Assembly (NCBI RefSeq): GCF_009914755.1
Contig: NC_060947.1
Source: the human T2T-CHM13v2.0 reference genome, Homo sapiens
Direction: 5' to 3' (one strand)
DNA: 64,000 bases
A program made the translations under genes and the position numbers. This document shows positions 49,680 to 64,000 of this stretch, one piece after another. The notes below the pieces were generated by a model. The model was given only the letters and a program-made list of their open reading frames with translations. It was not told the DNA's origin and ran no database searches. Numbering within the stretch: position 1 is the first letter of the stretch; each line of letters opens with the position of its first letter.

Positions 49680-50100
49680 TTCACTAGCCCTGTGTGGATG
49701 GAGCAGCCAATAGGTTCCTTTCCTCCCCCTTAGCCCCTCCCCTCATCCATCTTCTCCCGCCCTCTTGTCCCCGCCCTACCCGCTCTGACAAGACCGTCCT
49801 AATGACCCCCTGACCGGCTTGTCCTACCCTAGGACACCTCCCACCAGGCCTCACCTCTTCAGCCAGGGCCAGAGGAAGTACAGGCCAACCCCGCTGTCTT
49901 AACACGCCCGAAGAGAGAGGAAGATCTCTCTCCCTCCTAAGGTTCCAGGGAAAGGAAGACTCAGGGCCAACGTCGGCTTTTACTCTGGGACTGTTCCAAT
50001 TTCCAGAGATACCAGGAGTGGAAGGGAGTGAGTGAGGAAGGCCCCTGCCACTCCATTGGGATTTAAGGGAACCTGTCACATGGTTGGGAGCCCTTAAAGG
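49680..50100 (-). promoter_or_regulatory. GC/CpG-enriched TEX13A promoter region
   Basis: Local GC and CpG enrichment around the first exon; GC box ccccgccc near 49770. Confidence 0.45.
49855..49925 (-). other. TEX13A: Probable non-coding first exon of TEX13A (5' end uncertain)
   Basis: Donor GAG|gtgagg at 49854 and acceptor ccacacag|GG at 49690, 32 nt upstream of the ATG, define a 165-nt 5'UTR intron. Confidence 0.6.
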
Positions 50101-50339
50101 TCGGAAGAAACAGGAGTGGTCAGAAAAGACTTAGAACCAAGAAAATTAAGCCCTTATAATCAAGTCAAAAAAGTCCCATGTATCCCTCCCTCTTGACAAT
50201 GGTTTGTCCCATGCCAACGGCTAGTAGGGACCCCCCTAGAGGTTGAAGGGGGAATAATGGGTATGTTCTAGAACACGAAAAAGCCCCCAACCCATGAAAA
50301 TTCTGCAGTTCATTTTCCAGACTCCTAAATCCTAGTATA

Positions 50340-50545
50340 CAGGTTAGTGACCTTTTTCTGAAACGGGCAAGATAGCAGGCATTTGAGGCTTTGTGGGCAA
50401 AAGATTATCCCAACTACTTGTAGCACAAAAGCAGCCATAAATAATACCTGAAGAAATGACCATGGCCATGTTCTAATAAAAGTTCATTTATAAAACCAGG
50501 CAGTTGGCATGATTTGGCCTGTAGATGTCAAACTCCCAATCTAGA
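50340..50545. mobile_element. MER58-like hAT DNA transposon
   Basis: ttgtagcacaaaagcagccataaataata...catggccatgttctaataaaagttcattta. Confidence 0.7.
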
Positions 50546-50614
50546 TTCATATTTCATACATGTCCTACAGACACATACAATCAGAATGTTCATGATATGA
50601 CTCCCCCTTTTCCC

Positions 50615-51033
50615 TGTTAAAAGAAAAACGTTAGACAACGTTAACAGTTTGTTTACACATAAACAACAACCAAAAAAAAAAAAAAAGAAAAACGAGTCAT
50701 GAATTTGTCAGTACTCAGAACCAGAAGAGTTTCAGAGAGCTATTCCCAGCAACATGAGAAGTGAATTTTTATAGGCTGAGTTTGGACACAAAAGAGAAAA
50801 ATCACCTGATTGGCTACAGCAAGGCATTTGCCTTATTTGGACATGGTCTTGTCACTTGACTGCCTGTAATTAGCTGGAGCCTGGCTAGTTGTGTTTGGCT
50901 GAAATTAGGCTGTCTTTTATACAGCTTATGTTAAGTTTCAGTCTGTTTACATGCTAAGTTAGTTTGCGGTTTGTTAGATAGGAACTCAAAGTATGGAAAC
51001 AGCTTCAAACTAATGGCCTCTTGCTTATTTTAA
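50615..51033 (-). mobile_element. ERV1-type solo LTR (MER31/MER67-like)
   Basis: tgttaaaagaaaaac...cctgattggctacagc...gccttatttg...ttaagtttcagtctgtttacatgctaagttag. Confidence 0.55.
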
Positions 51034-51799
51034 TATATGCAGGAGATGATTCCCCTCCTAAATTCCTATGTTGTCCAATACAGAAACCTCAAAATCAAAT
51101 TTTTAAGTTACCTACCCTTCATACCGACCCTTAAAAACAAGTCAACTAAGAGACAAAATCTTGTTGCTGTGACCTCAGAAACTTCTAAGACATCCATGCC
51201 CACTTAGGGAATGTCCATGTTTCTTCTCAAATAATCTTCCTGTCTTTAATTTCTTCATAATCCCTAATCACTTCCTAATCTTTCCTATGATCATGTTTCT
51301 CTTAAGCTTAAAATCATTTGATGGATCCTTGTGGCACACTCCTTGTCCTGACATTAGAATCTCACCCCAGGATACCATTCTAATTTAACTCTCTCCACAA
51401 TGTTATCCACCATCATTTATGTACCTAAGGGACTAAGCCATACAGGGATACACTGATTTTGGCGTTTTAAGTTATTTTCCCTTCTGAAAAATCAGAGCAT
51501 TCATTTTTTATTATATGGGCATTATGTTCTATTCTATGAACTACATTTAAAAAGACAATATTTCTTCTCTAAGGGTCCTATGTCAGATAATTAGAGAGGA
51601 AAAAGACAATAAATCAAGCATTAAAATATTACCTAAGAAGGTAGTTAAACCCCAGAGGCATAAAGTCCCACCATTTAAATGCTGTTTTTAGATGCTGTTT
51701 TGTGATTTCTTTCCTTCTCAGCTTGTATATTTTATTTATCAGCCATCAGTGGAAAGGGTTCATGTTTTGGCTTATTCTAGAGTGACTTCTACAGAAAGA

Positions 51800-53740
<1,941 letters not shown>

Positions 53741-54802
53741 GACACAGTAGAGAATTCTACCACCAGGAGTCAGAAAATAGATCATGGAAGCATAGGATAT
53801 GACAGCTTATTTGGTGAGACAACTAAGTTATACAATTTTCAACACAAAGACGGGGAAAATAATCTGATATTTACTGTATGAAGAAAGGTAATCATATGTA
53901 AAGAAAACTCTGTGTTTTGCATTGTGACCCAGGAAATAAGGCCAAACCTTTGTGAATTCTATGATAGTAACTATGAAATAACATATTGACAGATGCAAAA
54001 ATATCAGTGTAATCTGATATTTACAGAGAAAGAGTGAGGAAGTGAGAAATAGTTATTAGAGTCAGTGAAATTGGTTGGGGAAGGATTTCTGGAGGAGAGT
54101 TATGTTCTTGTTCTTAATAGAAACATCAGGGTTCTCCAAAGATTTATGAAGACCTTTCTGTTTGTAGCATGATGTGTCTCAGATTACCATTCTTAAAATT
54201 GTCTTCATCCAAACAAGAAAGCAGGAATCACTCATACTATGATGTGGACAATGGTGGTGTCAGGGAACCTTTCAAATTTACCTTCGTTATTACCTTACCT
54301 TTATCCACATCCTCAATCATTGGTAGTCAGATTTTGAACAAGCTGCCTGTACCCTTAGGTGGCATATTGCAACTGCCTTTCCCTTAGGAATGGTGACATG
54401 AGCTCACCACTAGAATGATCCACAATTCTTAGTTATATGTAAATGGATTGCTACATATATATGTACTGTATACTTTTTTCTTGAGTAGGTTTCTAACTTT
54501 AATGTACAGCCTCCAAATAAATTATAGTTTGCTTTGAATTCAAGGTGAAGAATATTTTGATGACAAAAATTTTATTTTGAGTGAGTAGTTTTTAAAATAT
54601 ACATAATGTTTACTATAACCTTGTCCACAAGCTACTTTTTTAAAAAACAATTACAAGAAGAAGAAAACAAAACATCTTTGATTCACTTTATGGGTTGGGT
54701 TGGGAATCGGTAGATAGCATGATAATAGTGGTGATAATGTTAAAGGAAATTAGTTTTTATTGAGTACTTAGTATATGCCAGGCACTGTGCTATGAGCTTT
54801 AA

Positions 54803-55636
<834 letters not shown>

Positions 55637-55639
55637 TTC

Positions 55640-55647
55640 TTTCTTTT

Positions 55648-55682
<35 letters not shown>

Positions 55683-55966
55683 AGACAGTGTCTCACTCTG
55701 TTGCTCAGGCTGGAGTGCAATGGTGTGATCTCAGCTCACTGCAACCTCCGCCTCCTGGGTTCAAGTGATTCTCGTGCCTCAGCCTCCTAAGTAGCTGGGA
55801 TTACAAGAGCATACCACCATGCCAGCTATTTTTTTGTTTTGTATTTTTAGTAGAGACAGAGTTTTGTTACGTTGGCCAGGCTGGTCTTGAACTCCTGTCC
55901 ACAAGTGATCCACCCGCTTGGCCACCCAAAGTGCTGGGAATACAGGTGTGAGCCACTGGGCCCAGC
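55640..55966 (-). mobile_element. Alu
   Basis: Poly-T plus reverse Alu. Confidence 0.95.
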
Positions 55967-56303
55967 CCCCGTTACCATTCTTAACACTTGCATAATAAAA
56001 CAACCCTATTAAGTTAGCTGCTTTTATTATTCTCATTCCACGCATACCAAAAACTGAGATTTAGTCACCCATGCAAAGATCCATAGATAAGACATTATAG
56101 AGCTGGGATTTGAACCCAAGTCTAACTCTAAAAGCTGCATTATCAAGCAGTAAGCTACTCAAGTCCTTGGATTAACCTTTTATCTGACTGCATCATGAAC
56201 TATAAGAAAGTTATGCTTAAATAATTCTGGGTTGCAGATTACCAGTGTCCTGTCAAAGGCTGAATGTTCATGTCAGCAGGAGATAAGAACAGTTAAAAAA
56301 CAC

Positions 56304-56505
56304 AGGAAGGGGAACATCACACTCTGGGGACTGTTGTGGGGTGGGGGGAGGGGGGAGGGATAGCTTTAGGAGATGTACCTAATGCTAAATGACGAGTTAA
56401 TGGGTGCAGCACACCAGCATGGCACATGTATACATATGTAACTAACCTGCACATTGTGCACATGTACCCTAAAACTTAAAGTATAATAATAATAAAATAA
56501 AAAAA
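56304..56505 (+). mobile_element. Short 5'-truncated young L1PA 3' end (L1PA2/3-like)
   Basis: ggggaacatcacactctggggactgttgtggggtgggggg...accctaaaacttaaagtataataataataaaa. Confidence 0.9.
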
Positions 56506-58713
56506 TTATGATATGTTTATGCCCCCACAAATCCTTGTTTGTTTAATTACCAGGTTTACACCTTACGGAAAAAATGTACATAAACTTAAAACCTATTATA
56601 TTGACATATTTACAGGCTAGAGATATCATCTATGAATGATGGCATTCTTTGTTCTGTTTTGTTTTATTTTAAAAAAACAATAAAACAAAAATCCCGGAGC
56701 TCTTTACAACTGTACAAGCCTAGAAGTAAGATGATTTACTTAAAGACTAAAAGTGACAAAAATGAGTTCATTCAATAGATCCTGTATCCCCAAACTTCTT
56801 CTTATTAGCATAGATATTTTTATCCTTATATTAGGTTTACATCTGCTTTTCAATGTATATAAACAGCATGACACATAGCAGGTGCCCATTAAATGTCATT
56901 TGAATGATTCTAAAGGGTTGTGGGTCTTCATAGAATAATAATACACAGTTCAGGGCTTTGGCCATCTTGGTCTTTTAATGCATTAACATTGCAAGTTTGC
57001 AGTTTTATGTAATTATTTATGCAGACATCTGAAAGTCCCCTTTCCAATCAAGCTTAAAAGATTTTTCAATAAAACTTTCTTTTCTTTTTTAATATTTGCA
57101 ATTTAAACTTTTTTAAATAAGGTAAAATATACATATGTAATTTACCATCCTTACCATTTTAAATGTACAGTTCAGCTGTAATAAATACATGTATATTCTT
57201 TTTTCCCCCTTATCCCCCTTTACTAGAAAACCTTATTTTTCTAATGATTTTTGAGAAATAGAACTTATCAAAGGGCTTGAGATCTTGTTTGTTTATTCAT
57301 TTGTTTTCCTTCCTTGAATTTGCTACAGTATCAGTTGCTAGTTCTTATGTTTTAACGTCAGTCTTATTCAATGACTGTAGATCGATTAATTGATGTTATA
57401 TGTAGCAAATCAATTCACCTTATAAAATTTCAGACAGTAAAGCTTGTTTTAGTTTCCTTATCATTAGATGGTCTCTGAAATTTACAAGGAAAGTATTTTG
57501 AAGTGAGGATAAGACAATCGAATAAATCAGTTAGGAAAGTTTCAACTATATCCTGAGGCATTTTATCTAGGGCTTTTGATTTTAGGTACAAGAAAGATCC
57601 CTAATTTATTTAGATTATTTTCACCAGCTTAGTCCTGGTGATACGACAAGTTCACATATGCTCAAACTCTAAAACAAAACTTTATAATATGGGCATGTTT
57701 TATAAATGTGAGTTAGAAAAGGAATTTGGATGTTTCATGTGTATTTTAAATTATGAGTTTTACTTTTCTCCCCAGAGAACCCAAGATTGATCAATATTTT
57801 CCCTTAGAAATACATCTGGGTAAAAAGTTCTAATTATGACCTAAACAAGCTAACATTAAACCTTTGGAATAGAAAGCAAGGTTTATTTATAAATTTTCTA
57901 ATTCTGTGCTATGCAAATTAACATTATTCCTTAGATGTTATGTTACACATCTGCTCTTCTTTCTATCAGCTTCCTCAAGTTGGTACGGATAACCACAAGT
58001 TAGTTTGACTGTTGAGCAATGTTAGCATCAAGTTCTGAGAGTATCCAGGGGCTAGCAGCCAATAAACCTTGGTTCTGAACTACTGACCAGCTACGTCAGC
58101 TTGACAAAGTTCTTTGTCCTCTCTGTGTCTATGTTTTACTCCTGTAAGGGATACTTACCCTGCCCATTTTCCAGGGTTATTGGGATAATTAAGTAAGATA
58201 ATACACATAGAAGTACTTGGAAAGATTACTAACATGTGTAATTGTAAGTTGTTGCTGCAGTATCATTGCAAAGGCCTTTTGCCTACATTGAGCCTGAATG
58301 TGTTCCTTGTCTTCCTCAGGATGTGAAGTAGGGAGAGAAAAAATACCATCTCCATTCTTGCACACTCGTCAGTCTGCCTCCTCAACCTCACATAGCTCTA
58401 ATTGTACCTAATGAAAGTAACATTTTTAGGTCCCAGTTGCAGGAAATATTTTAAATAGAACCAGCCTGGGGCATTTTTCAAAATAAAATCTAAATAATGC
58501 AAGATTGTTAGCACGAACTGTGCCAGGGCTGGATTACACAACTAATAAAAATCAACCTGAGTTTCAGACTGTCAGGCAGCATTGATTATACCTCCCCCAG
58601 GTCACCTGAGGTGATAGCAGGACTCACATCAGACCTTGTCTTTAAGTTCTAGGGACCTCGGTCATCCTCAACGACTTCATACTAGGACTTGTTCATGAGT
58701 TAACAAAGCAGTT

Positions 58714-58755
58714 TGTCAGCATCTATTCACATGTCAGCATCTATTCACATGTCAG
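58714..58755. repeat. Tandem duplication, 18-bp unit x2.3
   Basis: tgtcagcatctattcaca repeated perfectly. Confidence 0.9.
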
Positions 58756-58911
58756 TGACCACAATGAGAGTGTATACATACTGGGCCCTGGCTTAAAGTT
58801 GTTTGTGGCTAAGGATTAGGAAGGACACACTTCCTCCTTCAACTCATCAGCCATCTCCAGGGTGGCTTCCTTGCCTTTAACACCACCCCAAATCAATACA
58901 AATGCTGCTGA

Positions 58912-59362
<451 letters not shown>

Positions 59363-59689
59363 AGAAGTAAACCTTTTTAAGTGGAGCTTTTACTACCTCT
59401 TTGACCTCCAAGGTTCTAGCCTCTGCCTAGTAGTTAGTACTCAGAGTGCCTGGAAGTTCCTTCCTGCCTTAGCTGCTTTCTCTTGATACACTTCTTTTTG
59501 TGCCTAAGTCAATGTATCTTTTTGATCCTCTCAGACCTACATGGCTCTCTGGTATTAGACCTTTTGCCCAACTGACCTCTTCCAGACTGTTTCCTGTCAA
59601 GTAGCACTTCTAACCCAGCAGACTGTTTTAACCCACTGCTGCCAGTGTGTTGTTTTTATATTGCTCATGATTATTATATCACATGTAAA

Positions 59690-59805
59690 TTATAAGTATT
59701 ATATATTAGATATGTATATTATACATATATGCATATTAGTTATATATGTATACATATATATTAATTATACATATATATAATTATTATATATATCTTTTAA
59801 TATAT
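59690..59805. repeat. (TA)-rich microsatellite
   Basis: Degenerate TA repeats. Confidence 0.75.
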
Positions 59806-60642
59806 TTAACAATGCTGGCAATACCTACAATTCTAATTAGAGATACAATTGTTTGAATACCTACTTTTTGATAGATCCTGTATTAGGTATTTTACATACA
59901 TTATTTTATTTAATACTTACAGTGATCTGAACAGGTCAGGTATAAAAATGTAAACCTGTTTTTACTCATAGTTTTATAATGAAAGGAAATCCTTCCTCCC
60001 ACCTTCAATGGAGCCACCATAAACAGCTTCTTATCCTCATGTTTCAGGTGAAGAAACTGAGACTCAGAGAGGTTAAACAATTTGTCCAAGGTCACAGAAC
60101 TAGTTGAGTCTAGTGAGGCTTAGTTTAAAGATGATGCTTTGTTAAGAAACCACTATATCAGATTGGTCCTCTACTTTAGTCTACCCTATTTTCTACCCAG
60201 GGATAAATACATCTGGGACAGTTAGCTTCTTTCAGAGCATTGAACATTTCACCTGCTTCTATTATTGAGATCTCTGGTCAACACTTCTCCTTCTGTGGAG
60301 GTATAACATAATAATTGAAAATTTTTTAACAAGTATGTCTCTTTCACCTGTATGAGTGAACACCATGGAGCAGATATGATCAAAGTCAGTAACATCAAGA
60401 ACTGTTCAGAACACTTTGGATATCCAGCAGAGATGATTACCTTTCTTCTGTGTTAGATACTTTTTAAATAACTGTGACCATTTAGCTTCCCTCTATCCCC
60501 TGCCCCTGCCGGTCATTCTTGTCTTTCAGATGTAGCCAATATTTTTAATTCTTTGCCAATATGCTGCTGCACAAAACTTGGCTAATCTTCCTCCTAGTGG
60601 CTATCCACAAATACCTGCAAATTATCCGGGTCATACTTATAC

Positions 60643-60723
60643 AAGGAATGTGATATTTGACAAGCCATATACCTTCATCTGAAGGAATGTGATATTTGAC
60701 AAGCCATATACCTTCATCTGAAG
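60643..60723. repeat. Perfect tandem duplication, 39-bp unit x2
   Basis: aaggaatgtgatatttgacaagccatataccttcatctg twice with no mismatch. Confidence 0.92.
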
Positions 60724-62272
60724 AAAGGGGGATATATACCATATGGGACTGATACAAAAATGGAAAAAAAATAACATGTCTCTCAAATAGATACCTTTTG
60801 ATGCCCATTCATTTAATCAACTAACGTTTACTAAGCATCTACTATCTATTCATTTAGATCCCAGGGATGGTGTAATTAACAAGAGCAACAAATTCCTTGC
60901 CCTTTTTAGTGCATACTTTAACAAATAAACAAATATTAGAAGATCAGATAAGAGCAAGTACAAAGGCCTATTGTTTGAATAGGCTTAGTGTGTTCAATGA
61001 ACAGAGAAAATGCCAGTGTGGCTGCACCCTAATGAGTAAAGGAGAGAATGTTATGTTGAGCTAGATCATGTATGGCCTTGTATCAAGCAAGGAGACTTGG
61101 AAATATTTAACACTGAAGTGTTTAAAAAATGGTGAAAAAGAGCTCAATTGATTGAGCTAAATTGATTTACCCTTCTTCTCTGAGATTACTACTGTTGTGG
61201 CTTTAGCTTCATGGCATTTAAAGAGGCTGTCCAATGTCTGACAAGAACATAAATGTTTCTTTCACTTAATCCCCAGTGGGCATATCTTATGACCTTTGTG
61301 TTCCAGGAACCCATGTAGAGGAAGAAAGAAAAGCAAATCCCACAGTCTACATAGTGTGATGGGGTTGCATCTAAACATCAGAATTGGAGTGCTTTGATAG
61401 TTTCCTTCTCAGATGACACAGGCCTGGGCATAGTCAGGGGTGCTTGCCAGAAATTAACTTTACCAGAAGCCTAAGTAGGAGTCATTCTTATTAACTTAGT
61501 TTGTAAACCCAAGAGGCATCGCCATCTGGATTCCTGTGTTTTGCATGATGTCGGGGATATAAAATTTCAATGAGTGACTACTAAGCAGTATGAACAGTGC
61601 CGATCATTTGGTACTGTCTGAAAATTATTGGTTGGCATGCTAATCCCATCTGTTAGGATTGTTATTACTCAGTTATAAAGCACTTGGTTTGAATTGCCAC
61701 CCTTGGCAATTTTAGTTTTGACAGCACGTATCCCTTGATGTTTAAAACAGATATGGTCCTGAAATGTCTTCCATAAAGTAAAATTGAATACTCCAAGATT
61801 TACAGCTGATCTTCATAGTGTTATCAGGCTGCTTCTGATTTCTTCCTCACACTTTTCCATTTTCTTTTGTGTTTGACATCTTCTGGAATCCAGATAAGGT
61901 AGGGTAGAGAAAGGTCATGGATTATACATAGAAAAATAAAGGCAGAATTTGTATTTATTTATATTTATTGTAGTTAGTTAGATTAATTAAATATGTTTAT
62001 TGAACTCACATTATTGAGAAAGTGTTAACCAAAGTACAAGAAGACAGAATTTTTGTTCAATAAATACCCTTCTGTAATGTGTTAGCCAATTAATGCCCAA
62101 TTTCTAAAGTGGCCTTATGATAACATTCTGTGTTGAGAATTCTTTATAATGCTAGTGCTGGTTGATACAATTAATCCCAACTGACCAGACTCTAGTAGGA
62201 TTTCTTCTTTATAAAAGCCCAAAATTCAACACCTGGCACATCTTAGTGAGTACCTTAAAAAGCTGAATAGTT

Positions 62273-62566
<294 letters not shown>

Positions 62567-63083
62567 TTAACAGGTAAATTAACCTGTAAGCTAACAGATA
62601 TCCTCTGTATGTTGATCTGGTTTTTAGTATATATTCTGTATCAGGAAATATTGGCTGAGAAACCAATAGTAAAATTAAACTATCCCTGTAGTAACTGTTA
62701 AAGGACTGGCCACAGGGACAGAGCAAAAATGGCTACAGCTCCAGTTATAGAGAGACTTTCTCACAGGTTTTTATTATCAGATTTTCAACATAGCAATATT
62801 TATTGCTGGGAAAGAAGTCAGACTATCTTACAGTTTGGAAGATGGGTATAGCTTCTCTATGTAGCTCTGTGGCTACCTCATGGCCACAAATATCCACATT
62901 AGCAATTAGTTTCATATCTTCTAGTCAGTTGCAGCATAAAACTGCTCTGTGTTGCTTTGATGTTTTTTTCTGATTTCTAGGCAAGGTCCTAAATGGAAAA
63001 GCCAATACTCTTGAAATATATAGAGCACAAACAAAGTTGTAAACACCCAATAAAGCCATTTTGTTATTTCTCTGTTCCTACAG

Positions 63084-63270
63084 AAACTCAACATATTGCA
63101 TGAAGGTGTCAATGTCCTTGACTGTTGCAGAGAATGAATCAGGCCTGTGCTACAACAGCAGGATCCGCTATTTAGAAAAATCTGAAGTCACTAAAAGAAA
63201 GGAGATCTCCTGTCCAGACATGGATGACTTTAAAAAGTCCGATCAGGAGCCTGATGTTGTGTGGTATAAG
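63084..63270 (+). CDS. IL1RAPL2: IL1RAPL2 next coding exon (probably exon 4), end of Ig1 and start of Ig2
   Basis: Acceptor tctgttcctacag|A and donor AAG|gtaact; 187 nt, phase 2 to 0, in frame with the previous exon. Translates (R)[62 protein letters not shown]. Confidence 0.96.
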
Positions 63271-63792
63271 GTAACTCAGCATGGTGTCAAATTCATATTT
63301 TACCTCAGTCAATAGCAGTCTTGGGGATGAGGAAAGGGAGATTTTTTTACTAGTTTTTGGTATTAGATATTTCACTGAGAAGAATCAACAGATCCATAAC
63401 TAAATAATTCAGAGCTGTGACTCTTATGTATCACTGGTTTTTAATGCAGGTGTTAGAAGCAATACGCCTTTCTCCAACTGCTAAAAGTAGAATCTCCCTC
63501 CAGCCTGACAGCATATAAGAACTAATGGGAAGAAGGGTAAACATTTAAATAACACTTGAAAGAAATTATTTGGGGGACACAGAAATATTATTTACTGGTG
63601 GGAACAAAGGCCTGCCATTACAAGTAGTAGTACTTATAAAGAATAACAACTATCATAATGGTCTACTCTGTGAAAGCCACAACAGTGAATGCAGAGGAGA
63701 GAAATGGGCCCAGTACAGGATGTATAAACACTGCTAAGGTTAAGTTTAGCTGGAAATAAACCACACTCAAAGGTTGAACAGAAGAGAATTGT

Positions 63793-64000
63793 GGCCAGGT
63801 GCAGTGGCTCATGCCTGTAATCCCAGCATTTTGGGAGGCTGAGGCGGGCAGTTCACCTGAGGTCAGGAGTTCGAGACCAGCCTGGCCAATATGGTGAAAC
63901 CTCATCTCTACTAAAATATAAAAATTAGCTGGGCATTGCAGCACACACCTGTAATCCCAGCAACTTGGAAGGCTGAGGCAGGAGAACCACTTGAACATGG
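63793..64000 (+). mobile_element. Alu (cut by the window end)
   Basis: Alu consensus. Confidence 0.93.

Overview
Mammalian DNA, very probably human Xq22. The window lies inside IL1RAPL2 (+ strand): two Ig-domain coding exons (24728-25001 and 63084-63270, probably exons 3 and 4) flank a 38-kb intron. That intron hosts the antisense testis gene TEX13A (409 aa, two coding exons, C-terminal RanBP2-type zinc finger). Most remaining sequence is Alu, L1, L2, MIR, LTR and DNA-transposon relics, including a full-length dead L1PA at 40938-47364. Two unannotated-looking minus-strand gene fossils stand out. (1) At 193-6159, a chain of about nine exons with canonical splice sites and compatible phases; one exon aligns without gaps to the TEX13 domain. 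(2) Directly downstream of TEX13A, a decayed gene split by the full-length L1, with SIX/ANHX-like homeobox motifs at its 5' part and a paralogous copy of the TEX13A zinc-finger tail and 3' flank at its end. Repeat family names and boundaries were assigned by eye and are approximate.
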